Shown piece after piece: positions 1 through 7,189 of a stretch of DNA of 33,727 nt. The position numbers and the translations under genes are program-made. The notes under the pieces are model-generated. The model searched no databases. It was given only the letters and a program-made list of their open reading frames with translations, and had not been told where the DNA came from. The first letter of the stretch is position 1. Each line of letters opens with the position of its first letter. The DNA comes from a virus, in IMG/VR virus record IMGVR_UViG_3300033156_000380. One strand, written 5' to 3'.

Positions 1-114
1 AGATTGAATATTCTTTATTTCTTCTTCTCCTCAAACTTTGATACAAAAAACCTTCCGAATCTTGGTCTATAACTCCCAAGACCTATTTTGACACCAGCAT
101 ATTTCAAGGCTTCC
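1..114. repeat. Terminal direct repeat, copy 1 (identical to 33614..33727); implies a 33,613-bp circular or terminally redundant genome
   Basis: Read by eye: bases 1-114 (agattgaatattctttatttc...atttcaaggcttcc) recur exactly at 33614-33727. The repeat includes the 3' end of CDS 15..548. Confidence 0.95.
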
Positions 115-548
115 TCTATCAACTGCTTCTGCAAATCAATCAATATCATCGTACCACTTATTTTCCACTCTTTCAATACTGGTCTATAGCATATCACAAG
201 TGTTGTCTTTTCACCTTTCCCCCTTATGACTGGCCTTTCGTCGATAAAATCATACTCTTTCTTTCCAGTTAGAAAATATTCTTCCTTGAAAAATAGTCCC
301 GCCATAATTTCCCTTCTCATCGGTTTTGCTTTGCCTCTTGGTGCTAAATTGCCAACCGCTTCTCTTATAGCAGCCAATAACATTTCACTTGTTATACATA
401 TGTATCCGTCTTTATTTCTATGGCATTTCCTTTCTGCTTGTTCTCTATAACCTTCTTGAGTTTTTGGTGCTTTTTCGTCTATATACTTATTAAACATTAT
501 TGGTGATAATGACTCTATTGTGAAATCTACTTCTATTTCTTTAAACAT
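15..548 (-). CDS. Hypothetical protein, 177 aa; possible RAMP/RRM-like fold (weak)
   Basis: Track ORF 15..554. The ATG at 548 lies 6 nt after AAGGAGG, whereas the ATG at 554 abuts the SD. The C-terminal GLGSYRPRFGRF glycine-rich loop and the earlier ITSEMLLAAIREA segment recall RAMP motifs. No firm family call. Confidence 0.6.
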   Translation of the reverse strand: MFKEIEVDFTIESLSPIMFNKYIDEKAPKTQEGYREQAERKCHRNKDGYICITSEMLLAAIREAVGNLAPRGKAKPMRREIMAGLFFKEEYFLTGKKEYDFIDERPVIRGKGEKTTLVICYRPVLKEWKISGTMILIDLQKQLIEEALKYAGVKIGLGSYRPRFGRFFVSKFEEKKK

Positions 549-568
549 AATCATCCTCCTTAATTTTA

Positions 569-835
569 TTATTGACTTATTTTACCACCCAAACTTTCTA
601 TAATTTTCCCATATTCTATTATATCTTTTTCCAACATATCATATATTTTGTTCAGTCTTTTTAATACTCTTACTACTACTTTGACTATTTGTTCATATAC
701 ATAAGAAGGTTCTGTACTATCAACTTTTTCCAAATATTCAACCAAAATTTCTTTCTGCCTCTTTACTTCTCTAATCTTTCTCATATTTTTTGCTATTAAA
801 TTCTGATATGCCTGTATTGTCTCTGTTTTATTCAT
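569..835 (-). CDS. Hypothetical coiled-coil protein, 88 aa
   Basis: ORF track; same-strand operon packing; charged helical sequence. Confidence 0.55.
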   Translation of the reverse strand: MNKTETIQAYQNLIAKNMRKIREVKRQKEILVEYLEKVDSTEPSYVYEQIVKVVVRVLKRLNKIYDMLEKDIIEYGKIIESLGGKISQ

Positions 836-872
836 AATTATTTATCCCCTTTTCTTAATCTCTCTATTTCAT

Positions 873-1256
873 TTAATGCATTTTCTTTATTGATTCCTCA
901 GTAACCTTTTTGTACTCTTCATATAGAATCTTATACTTTTCTGCAAGGTCTAAATAATTTCCAATTAATTCCATTTTAGTTGCATACTTAAATTTATATA
1001 TATCATCTTTTCTAAATTTCTCTATTTTATTTAAAGCATCACTTAAATCACTTTCTATCCCGTGTAATTTCACATATATTGTTTCACACTCTATTTTTAT
1101 TGGACATCCCTTGCATTGATTCTCCATATATTTGTATATCTTGCAATTGCTTATCATTTTTTCGATATATGCAAATCGACACATAACTTCCTTTTCGCAC
1201 AAATCAAAAAATTCTTCCGAAAAATATTCTCGAGCAAAAGGCTTATACACTCCCAT
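873..1256 (-). CDS. Hypothetical Cys-rich protein, 127 aa
   Basis: The track ORF starts at TTG 1274. The ATG at 1256 (MGVYKPF...) is preceded by AAAGGAGTAAAAGAA. Contains a CKGCPIKIEC cluster. Confidence 0.6.
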   Translation of the reverse strand: MGVYKPFAREYFSEEFFDLCEKEVMCRFAYIEKMISNCKIYKYMENQCKGCPIKIECETIYVKLHGIESDLSDALNKIEKFRKDDIYKFKYATKMELIGNYLDLAEKYKILYEEYKKVTEESIKKMH

Positions 1257-1270
1257 TTCTTTTACTCCTT

Positions 1271-2374
1271 TCAATATATAAATGTTTTTCTTATATTTTC
1301 ATTCTTGTACTTCTCAAGTTTCTCAAAAAAACTATCTGGCATAACCCTATCTCTTATCAATTTTTCAAATGATGTTTTTGGCAATGTCAAACCACTTATC
1401 GACACACCATATTCTTGCAAGAGTTTTATCGTTCCGGCAAGATCATAGTTCATATATCTTTTGTATTCATAACCCACCATTTGGCCATCGACCTCTATTG
1501 TATTTTCTCCAAGCTCTTCTTTGATTGTCTTTTTAATTGTCTTTGCCTCAAACTCTATTTTTCTCAATAACCTGACTTTGTCTTCAATCTCTTTCATTCG
1601 CCTCATTCTTTCTACTTCTTCCATCTCCCACAAAGGACATTTTCCTTCCTTCATCACAGCGCATCCATCGTATTCCCAGCACCAGGGCCCCCGCTCCGGA
1701 AGATAAACACCAGCCTCCTTGATCCTTTTATATTCTCTTTCTATTAAACTCTTTACAGTGTCGAAATCTGTTTTCAATTCCCCGACTGGCACATGATCCC
1801 CAGCCCACCTTGTGAATCCATAACGGACATGATTTATACCCATATTCACATAATCGAATCCCGGGTATAAATGGTTCACTGAAAAATATCTATATATCCT
1901 CAACTGTAGATTTCTCGCTACTTCATCCGCACTCATAACATTCCTTTGTGTTTTATAATCTATTATTTTCAGAACCGTTCTTCCTTCCATATAATCCACA
2001 TCCACCCTGTCTATTACACCGACATACATATATTCTCCCATATCTATCTCAAACCTTCTTTCCAATTCTAAAACATGATCCCAGTCAACCCCTCTCTCAC
2101 CAAATCCAAGACATATATCCGATATATCTGCAAACATTTCTGTGCTTATCTTTTCCTCACCTGTCACCTCATCTATCAATCTTTTCATCAGTTCATAGTC
2201 TCCTTCTGACCCGCTTTTCTTACATTCTTCGACATATTTTCTGATTATTTCATGTGCCAGTTTGCCGACAGTCATGGCAGGACTGCTGAAATCAACATCC
2301 TTGTCAATATATTTCTTTTTATATCTCAACAGGCATTTCGCCGTTTCTATTTGTGTATTGCTTATATATTTCAT
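1271..2374 (-). CDS. PD-(D/E)XK nuclease, Cas4/RecB-like exonuclease with Cys cluster (recombination exonuclease partner of RecT)
   Basis: Motifs VIDRVD...LKIIDYKT and QLRIY. N-terminal Cys (AKC) plus C-terminal CWEYDGC...CPLW are typical of Cas4/AddB-type Fe-S nucleases. The start overlaps the upstream stop (ATGA). Confidence 0.8.
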   Translation of the reverse strand: MKYISNTQIETAKCLLRYKKKYIDKDVDFSSPAMTVGKLAHEIIRKYVEECKKSGSEGDYELMKRLIDEVTGEEKISTEMFADISDICLGFGERGVDWDHVLELERRFEIDMGEYMYVGVIDRVDVDYMEGRTVLKIIDYKTQRNVMSADEVARNLQLRIYRYFSVNHLYPGFDYVNMGINHVRYGFTRWAGDHVPVGELKTDFDTVKSLIEREYKRIKEAGVYLPERGPWCWEYDGCAVMKEGKCPLWEMEEVERMRRMKEIEDKVRLLRKIEFEAKTIKKTIKEELGENTIEVDGQMVGYEYKRYMNYDLAGTIKLLQEYGVSISGLTLPKTSFEKLIRDRVMPDSFFEKLEKYKNENIRKTFIY

Positions 2375-2565
2375 ATATTCTCTCCTTCTTTTTTCTTTCC
2401 ATCTGGGAAATGTTTATACCCCTGTGGTGGAGGTTCTATTGGTCTTAAATTTTGAGAAGGCGGATTTACAGGTATTCCATTATTTCCTCCTTTTTGAATC
2501 CCACCTTCTTTTATCTTCTGTTTTTCGATTTTTTTTGCTTTAATAATAATTCTTTTATCCTTCAT
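2371..2565 (-). CDS. Hypothetical basic, Pro/Gly-rich protein, 64 aa
   Basis: ORF track. ATGA overlaps at both ends (with the micro-ORF 2562..2612 and with the nuclease gene). Low-complexity sequence. Confidence 0.45.
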   Translation of the reverse strand: MKDKRIIIKAKKIEKQKIKEGGIQKGGNNGIPVNPPSQNLRPIEPPPQGYKHFPDGKKKEGENI

Positions 2566-2630
2566 TTATATTTTTCCCTACCTACTAACATTAAGATTAT
2601 AAATATTTTCATATTCTCCCTCCTTTCATA

Positions 2631-2960
2631 TTACGATTGCCATGCAGCAAGTTTCCCATTTTCGAAAAATAAATATATATCACTTAATACAACTTCATAC
2701 GGCGTGCTCCAACCCTCATATCTCCATGTTTCCAACACGCCAAATTCTCCCTGCATTCTGATTGTGCTATTTGGTTTGCCCCATAAAGCCAATATTTCTT
2801 CTTGTGTCATGCCGACATATAAAGTTCCATCTTTTGTATGTTCATGACGTAATGGAGCCCCCCTGAGCCCGTGTGCATTTTTTGGTGATATATCAAGTGT
2901 TGCACATGCTGATGTTATCCCTACAATGATCGCTAACATTATGATTATAAGTATCTTCAT
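2631..2960 (-). CDS. Lipoprotein with BamE/SmpA_OmlA-like domain, 109 aa
   Basis: The signal peptide MKILIIIMLAIIVGITSAC ends in a lipobox-type ITSA|C. GMTQEEILALWGKP...W.Y...LFFENGKL resembles the BamE fold motif. Strong RBS ACAGGAGGGAAAAT upstream of the ATG at 2960. Confidence 0.75.
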   Translation of the reverse strand: MKILIIIMLAIIVGITSACATLDISPKNAHGLRGAPLRHEHTKDGTLYVGMTQEEILALWGKPNSTIRMQGEFGVLETWRYEGWSTPYEVVLSDIYLFFENGKLAAWQS

Positions 2961-3105
2961 ATTTTCCCTCCTGTTTTTTTATTTTACACCTTTCACATAT
3001 GTTGTCAAATATATATATTTGTATACCTTTTTCATTTTTCACTTTTAGAACCCCGAACTCTGTACTTTTTCTTATTCCACCGCAACAGCTACATTTTAAC
3101 TTCAT
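2893..3105 (-). CDS. Hypothetical small Zn-ribbon-like protein, 70 aa
   Basis: CSCC...CERC motif pairs. The ATG overlaps the recT stop (ATGA). The 3' tail overlaps the lipoprotein gene start. Confidence 0.45.
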   Translation of the reverse strand: MKLKCSCCGGIRKSTEFGVLKVKNEKGIQIYIFDNICERCKIKKQEGKYEDTYNHNVSDHCRDNISMCNT

Positions 3106-3932
3106 TCCCTGTCCTCCTTGTCCAATATTTCAAGCAATCCCTCTAAGGCCGGCCTGCTTGCCATATGCAAATCCCCCGTTCCACACATCTCTACTACTAT
3201 TTTGACTCTTTCTGCCTCATTCAAGCCCATTAATGTAAACTTTTCTTCTATCTGGTCGATAAGATCTTCATTATCCTCAAATGACCTGATCGGTGTTTCG
3301 GCATTTGCCATCTCTTCCTCAGTATAAAGCCCGCTCAAATCGAATGGAAAAGCCTTTCTCAATGCCAGAGCCTCAGCAACTTTCCCTAACATCATAAAAG
3401 GCATTTTCTTCCAGTGGAATGCCCTTTTCGGATTTGAAGGGTAATATTCAATCCATCTTGCCGTCGCCGTTGTTTCTATTTTTATTCCATTCACCACTTT
3501 ATACACAGTACAACTTGCCGTATGCGGATGTACAATTATCTGGTCGATATTTTTTGATTCCCCCTTAATTTCTTGATAATATTTTCTCTTTTTCTCCAAG
3601 TATTCATACATCGTTAATCCACTGTCATAATAATAGTCAGAACATCCTCCATATTGCCCAGTCCTCTGAGCTATAGCTCGCAATGCATCTACTGTCGTTA
3701 TGAATGTTAATGTTTTTTTGCCGGTTTCTCTCTCGCTAAACTTCACGGGTATAACCTGCTTCAAAAACGGATCAAGCCCCCGTTTCTTACATACATATGC
3801 GAAAAGTAGAAATTCCGCATCCGTCAATTCCTGCCCGGGAGCTATCGTGTCTTTGATGAGCTGTTTCTCTTCATCAGTAAAACTATAAGCCATCAAATCT
3901 TTTTCATTGTTTCTTTTCATGATATCTTTCAT
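3102..3932 (-). CDS. recT: RecT-family single-strand annealing recombinase
   Basis: Sequence FLKQVIPVKF...TFITTVDALRAIAQRTGQYGG and the overall length (276 aa) are typical of RecT. It sits in the same operon as the PD-(D/E)XK nuclease. Confidence 0.85.
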   Translation of the reverse strand: MKDIMKRNNEKDLMAYSFTDEEKQLIKDTIAPGQELTDAEFLLFAYVCKKRGLDPFLKQVIPVKFSERETGKKTLTFITTVDALRAIAQRTGQYGGCSDYYYDSGLTMYEYLEKKRKYYQEIKGESKNIDQIIVHPHTASCTVYKVVNGIKIETTATARWIEYYPSNPKRAFHWKKMPFMMLGKVAEALALRKAFPFDLSGLYTEEEMANAETPIRSFEDNEDLIDQIEEKFTLMGLNEAERVKIVVEMCGTGDLHMASRPALEGLLEILDKEDRE

Positions 3933-4198
3933 TTTTTTTCTCCTTTTTGCAAAAATAAATTAGTCCAATCATAAATCTCTATATCAAAATCATCTTTTAA
4001 TTTTGCTTTTTCTTTGTAATAAGCTTCATTCTTATCAAGCTTGAAGATAATACTATTAATACCGGTTGCATTTTGATAATATTTAATCTCTGCGATTTTT
4101 CCTCTCATCCCATCTCCGAGATCGAATTTTCTGCCTTCTCGAAAGGCAATTTCCACTTTTTCAATTAATTCTTCATAAGTTAAAACTTTAGTTTTCAT
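3929..4198 (-). CDS. Hypothetical protein, 89 aa
   Basis: ORF track; 4-nt overlap with the recT start. Confidence 0.5.
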   Translation of the reverse strand: MKTKVLTYEELIEKVEIAFREGRKFDLGDGMRGKIAEIKYYQNATGINSIIFKLDKNEAYYKEKAKLKDDFDIEIYDWTNLFLQKGEKK

Positions 4199-4202
4199 TT
4201 AT

Positions 4203-4418
4203 TCACTCCTCCTGTTTTGAAATAAAAAAATCCTGACCTTTTAGTTTAAGCCCCCATTCTTTTCGGACTTTCACCTCGCAGTCAGGACATATCCCATAAG
4301 ATATTATTAACTCTGGTTTCCCTGTGCCCGGCATATCAATTACATTCATATCCAGAACATGAAAATGCCCGAAATATTTTCTATGCCAAGCGCATTGTCT
4401 TAAAATGTATCTTTTCAT
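4203..4418 (-). CDS. Hypothetical Cys/His protein, 71 aa (CAWH...YGICPDC)
   Basis: ORF track; C/H pairs suggest a small metal-binding fold. Confidence 0.5.
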   Translation of the reverse strand: MKRYILRQCAWHRKYFGHFHVLDMNVIDMPGTGKPELIISYGICPDCEVKVRKEWGLKLKGQDFFISKQEE

Positions 4419-4421
4419 TTT

Positions 4422-4601
4422 TTATCTACTTTCGGTTATTTCCCAATAACGATCCATGTAATCCATCAATGCTACAATCATCATTTCTCCTACTGTCATC
4501 TTTCTTGGTTTTTCCCGATTTATATCTTCCAAAAACTTTTCTGCTTTTTCTCTGATTTCGGGAGTTACTGGGATCGCCACAACCCATCTGTTTTTATTCA
4601 T
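4422..4601 (-). CDS. Small ORF absent from the track (59 aa), ribbon-helix-helix-like candidate DNA-binding protein
   Basis: Hand translation: MNKNRWVVAIPVTPEIREKAEKFLEDINREKPRKMTVGEMMIVALMDYMDRYWEITESR. AGGAGG lies 5 nt upstream of the ATG at 4601. The TAA at 4424-4422 is 3 nt before the next ATG. The beta-strand then two-helix pattern resembles CopG/Arc. Confidence 0.5.
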   Translation of the reverse strand: MNKNRWVVAIPVTPEIREKAEKFLEDINREKPRKMTVGEMMIVALMDYMDRYWEITESR

Positions 4602-4650
4602 ATCATCCTCCTATTTTTTTTAAAAATATAACTGTCATTATATATTTTTT

Positions 4651-4869
4651 CTATAGTTTTTTTATTATTTGTTCATATCTTTGATTTATTATTTTCGACC
4701 ATATTTCATCAATCTCATTAAAACTAATCAATTCACCGTAAAACTGTAATCCTTCATGATTAATGCATTTTTCCAATTCTTCAAAATAATCTTTATCGGT
4801 ACAACACCATATAATATATTGTATTAGCTCGAGTTCTTCTTCAGTCAAAGTTATTGTAATTTTTTTCAT
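4651..4869 (-). CDS. Hypothetical acidic protein, 72 aa
   Basis: ORF track; 4-nt overlap with the upstream gene. Confidence 0.5.
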   Translation of the reverse strand: MKKITITLTEEELELIQYIIWCCTDKDYFEELEKCINHEGLQFYGELISFNEIDEIWSKIINQRYEQIIKKL

Positions 4870-5108
4870 TTTTTATTTCCCTCCTTCGCCGGACACCAGC
4901 TTGGTGTTCTCCAGCTTTCCCCTATATATCTTACATCTCTCCCCATGATTTTGCTTTCATGTTCTTTTTTTATCATTTGGGGATGTTTGCAATAAAAATG
5001 ATAAATAGGTTGTCTCCCAGATTGTATCATTTCACGTTCCAGCCATTTACAAAATCCACAAGATAAATATTTATGACTTTGTATAAAAGGGCCTTCTTTT
5101 TTAGTCAT
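4866..5108 (-). CDS. Hypothetical Cys-containing protein, 80 aa
   Basis: ORF track. Confidence 0.5.
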   Translation of the reverse strand: MTKKEGPFIQSHKYLSCGFCKWLEREMIQSGRQPIYHFYCKHPQMIKKEHESKIMGRDVRYIGESWRTPSWCPAKEGNKK

Positions 5109-5122
5109 TTTTTTATTCCTTT

Positions 5123-5320
5123 TTATGATTTTATTACATAGCTATCAAATCGGTTTAAAAAATATTCTTTTACATATTCATAAAATTCCGGTTCCGTAGC
5201 TTTGTATATTGTATGCGGAACTTCTTCTTCAATAAAAAGTATATCAATACCACAATCCTCGATAAATATCTGTTTTACATTATCAAGATTTATTAATTTA
5301 TTTTCATATCTTATCCACAT
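5123..5320 (-). CDS. Hypothetical protein, 65 aa (shortened from track ORF 5123..5482)
   Basis: The track ORF begins at a TTG with no SD. The ATG at 5320 (MWIRYENK...) is preceded by GAAGGAGATTTAAAA. Confidence 0.5.
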   Translation of the reverse strand: MWIRYENKLINLDNVKQIFIEDCGIDILFIEEEVPHTIYKATEPEFYEYVKEYFLNRFDSYVIKS

Positions 5321-5568
5321 TTTTAAATCTCCTTCTATGGCCTTATTTCTTGCTGTGCATTTTTCATCATCTTCAAAAAATGCACAGTTTCTATCCCCAT
5401 TTTCAAAATCTATTTTATTTTTTCTCGTTAAAAACCTTATCCGTTGGAAAATCTCCTTCGTTGATGACGTACAAACCTGCAATTGTTTTTGCAGATTTGT
5501 TTTTTATATTTTATTAACACTTTCATTTTTTTTCTCTCCTTTAAATTTGTTTTCATTTTTCTTCCTCC

Positions 5569-5967
5569 TTAACATCCGCAATAGTAATAACCGCTATTGA
5601 GGATGTTATATTTTTTATTTAATTCAAAAGTTGGCATATGACATATTTTTTTGAATTCATCATATGGTATTCTTTCTATACTGCCATTGTGAAATCTCCC
5701 CTGTATGCGATATCTACCGCATGACTCGCAGACTCTCACGACGAGAGCTCCTTCATAAAATTCATTTTTTAATAAACTTATTTTTGCATTATAAATTCTC
5801 TCAACGTCGTTCTTTGCATCGGCAAAAGCCTGACACCCTGGACATAGACTATAATCATAGTCTATGCAGGTACATTTCGTGAATGTTTTTCTATCAATTT
5901 TTTCAATCTTTTCTTGCATTTTTTTTACTAATTCTTCAAGTTTTTTTTCAAATTCTTTTCTATCCAT
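5569..5967 (-). CDS. Hypothetical Cys-rich protein, 132 aa
   Basis: ORF track. N-terminal coiled coil followed by CTC...CPGC...CESC...CGC motifs. Confidence 0.55.
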   Translation of the reverse strand: MDRKEFEKKLEELVKKMQEKIEKIDRKTFTKCTCIDYDYSLCPGCQAFADAKNDVERIYNAKISLLKNEFYEGALVVRVCESCGRYRIQGRFHNGSIERIPYDEFKKICHMPTFELNKKYNILNSGYYYCGC

Positions 5968-5978
5968 TTCCTTCCTCC

Positions 5979-6293
5979 TTATTCGGCCTCAGCAACATCG
6001 CCACGGTTTATCATGTAGTGACACTGCTGAAACTCGTCATTTATTATTATGTCTATATTCTCATCATGTCTCTTTGAAAAATCAAGACACAATGAGACAA
6101 TATAGTTCATTCTTTTTTCTTGAGTTTCTACTAAAAGGTCTATATCTTTTCGTCGGCTTTCTTCGTCGTCATCGTAAAGTTTCGAGAGAGAACCGACGAG
6201 ACTGACACGAGCAAGTGGTCTCACAAGAGAATCTAACTCATCAGCAATTCTCTCTCCATCTTTTTTTGTATATATTTCATATTCTCTTTTCAT
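5979..6293 (-). CDS. First gene of the early operon; possible minimal nucleotidyltransferase (MNT-like), 104 aa
   Basis: LVGSLSKLYDDDEESRRKDIDLLVE resembles the GS...DxD signature of the NTase fold. RBS GAAAGGAGTAAGAAA and a promoter lie immediately upstream. Confidence 0.5.
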   Translation of the reverse strand: MKREYEIYTKKDGERIADELDSLVRPLARVSLVGSLSKLYDDDEESRRKDIDLLVETQEKRMNYIVSLCLDFSKRHDENIDIIINDEFQQCHYMINRGDVAEAE

Positions 6294-6327
6294 TTTCTTA
6301 CTCCTTTCAAAAAACTTTCTACTATTA

Positions 6328-6355
6328 AATATAACATATCTTAATTTTCCGTCAA
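6328..6355 (-). promoter_or_regulatory. Sigma70-type promoter for the early operon
   Basis: Minus strand: TTGACG (6355-6350), 16-nt spacer, extended -10 aTGtTATATT (-10 at 6333-6328), about 35 nt upstream of the ATG at 6293. Confidence 0.5.
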
Positions 6356-6788
6356 GTATTTTTTTACATTTTTTTAATATTTATTTTCATTCTTTTAAAC
6401 ATTTGCATAACTTTAGTTTATATATTCTTTATAATTACTGTTTACAGGGGTTATACATTTTATATATTTTCTTTCTTTGCCTATTTTCTATTTCTTTATA
6501 TATATAGACTTACACTGCTGCCTCTTTTTCTGCCTTACACCCCCCTGGGGGTATGCCCATTTTTTAGTACAAATATGTCAATAATTTTTCATAACTTATT
6601 GCCACACAAATAATTATATCTTCAAAATACTGCCGTTTTAGATACCCCCTTCTTTCAAACCCATGTTTTAATACCTTTTCTGGATTTTCTCTTAATGTGG
6701 TTAAGATATGCAAATGGTAGGAATTTGTATAACTCTTTATATTTCTTCATTTAAAATATTTTGCCTATTTTCATGAAAAATGGGTATT

Positions 6789-7016
6789 TTAGGGGTCTGG
6801 GAGGTTCTCTCTTTCCACAATTCTTTTAATTTCGTCAATTTTCCTGTTTATGTGCTTCAGTTCATTGCTGATTATTGAATATTCGTTACTCAATTCCACT
6901 ACCCTGCTTTCCATCTTGTCCATTCTTTTTGTTACATATCCAAATGATGTCATTGCCACTGTAATAAGAATAGATACAATTATTGCTATCCATTTTACCG
7001 TCGAATTGTTTGTCAT
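6789..7016 (-). CDS. Membrane protein, N-terminal TMD plus coiled coil, 75 aa (last lysis-cassette gene)
   Basis: WIAIIVSILITVAMTSFGYV TMD followed by a heptad-like segment. The ATG overlaps the stop of the holin-like ORF (ATGA). Confidence 0.6.
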   Translation of the reverse strand: MTNNSTVKWIAIIVSILITVAMTSFGYVTKRMDKMESRVVELSNEYSIISNELKHINRKIDEIKRIVERENLPDP

Positions 7017-7189
7017 CTTTTCACCTGCCCCAGTGCATCTATTGCAGATTGCCCCCCGATATAGATTACAGTCACAACAAAAAAGTATTGCAATACTCCT
7101 GCCCTGTCCTCAATACCCACGAACAGCACAACAACCGTAAGCACAAGCCATACTGCAAATGCAATAAACTTTCTGCTCTTGAATTTCAT
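7013..7189 (-). CDS. Small ORF absent from the track (58 aa): holin-like protein with two TMDs
   Basis: Hand translation: MKFKSRKFIAFAVWLVLTVVVLFVGIEDRAGVLQYFFVVTVIYIGGQSAIDALGQVKR. Two hydrophobic helices, charged ends, and a position inside the lysis cassette. ATGA overlaps at both ends. Confidence 0.6.
   Translation of the reverse strand: MKFKSRKFIAFAVWLVLTVVVLFVGIEDRAGVLQYFFVVTVIYIGGQSAIDALGQVKR

Noticed and set aside
5321-5482. 5' part of track ORF 5123..5482
   Set aside because: It starts at a TTG with no SD and would be translated through a perfect 12-bp-arm hairpin. A downstream ATG at 5320 has a good SD. The region is kept only as a possible leader or regulatory region.
6294-6788. 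tRNA or other canonical RNA gene in the large noncoding region, and also in 28381..28594
   Set aside because: I could not find cloverleaf-compatible stems or a GTTCRANYC T-loop. The region is too AT-rich and lacks the conserved boxes. Left as an unassigned regulatory or ncRNA candidate.
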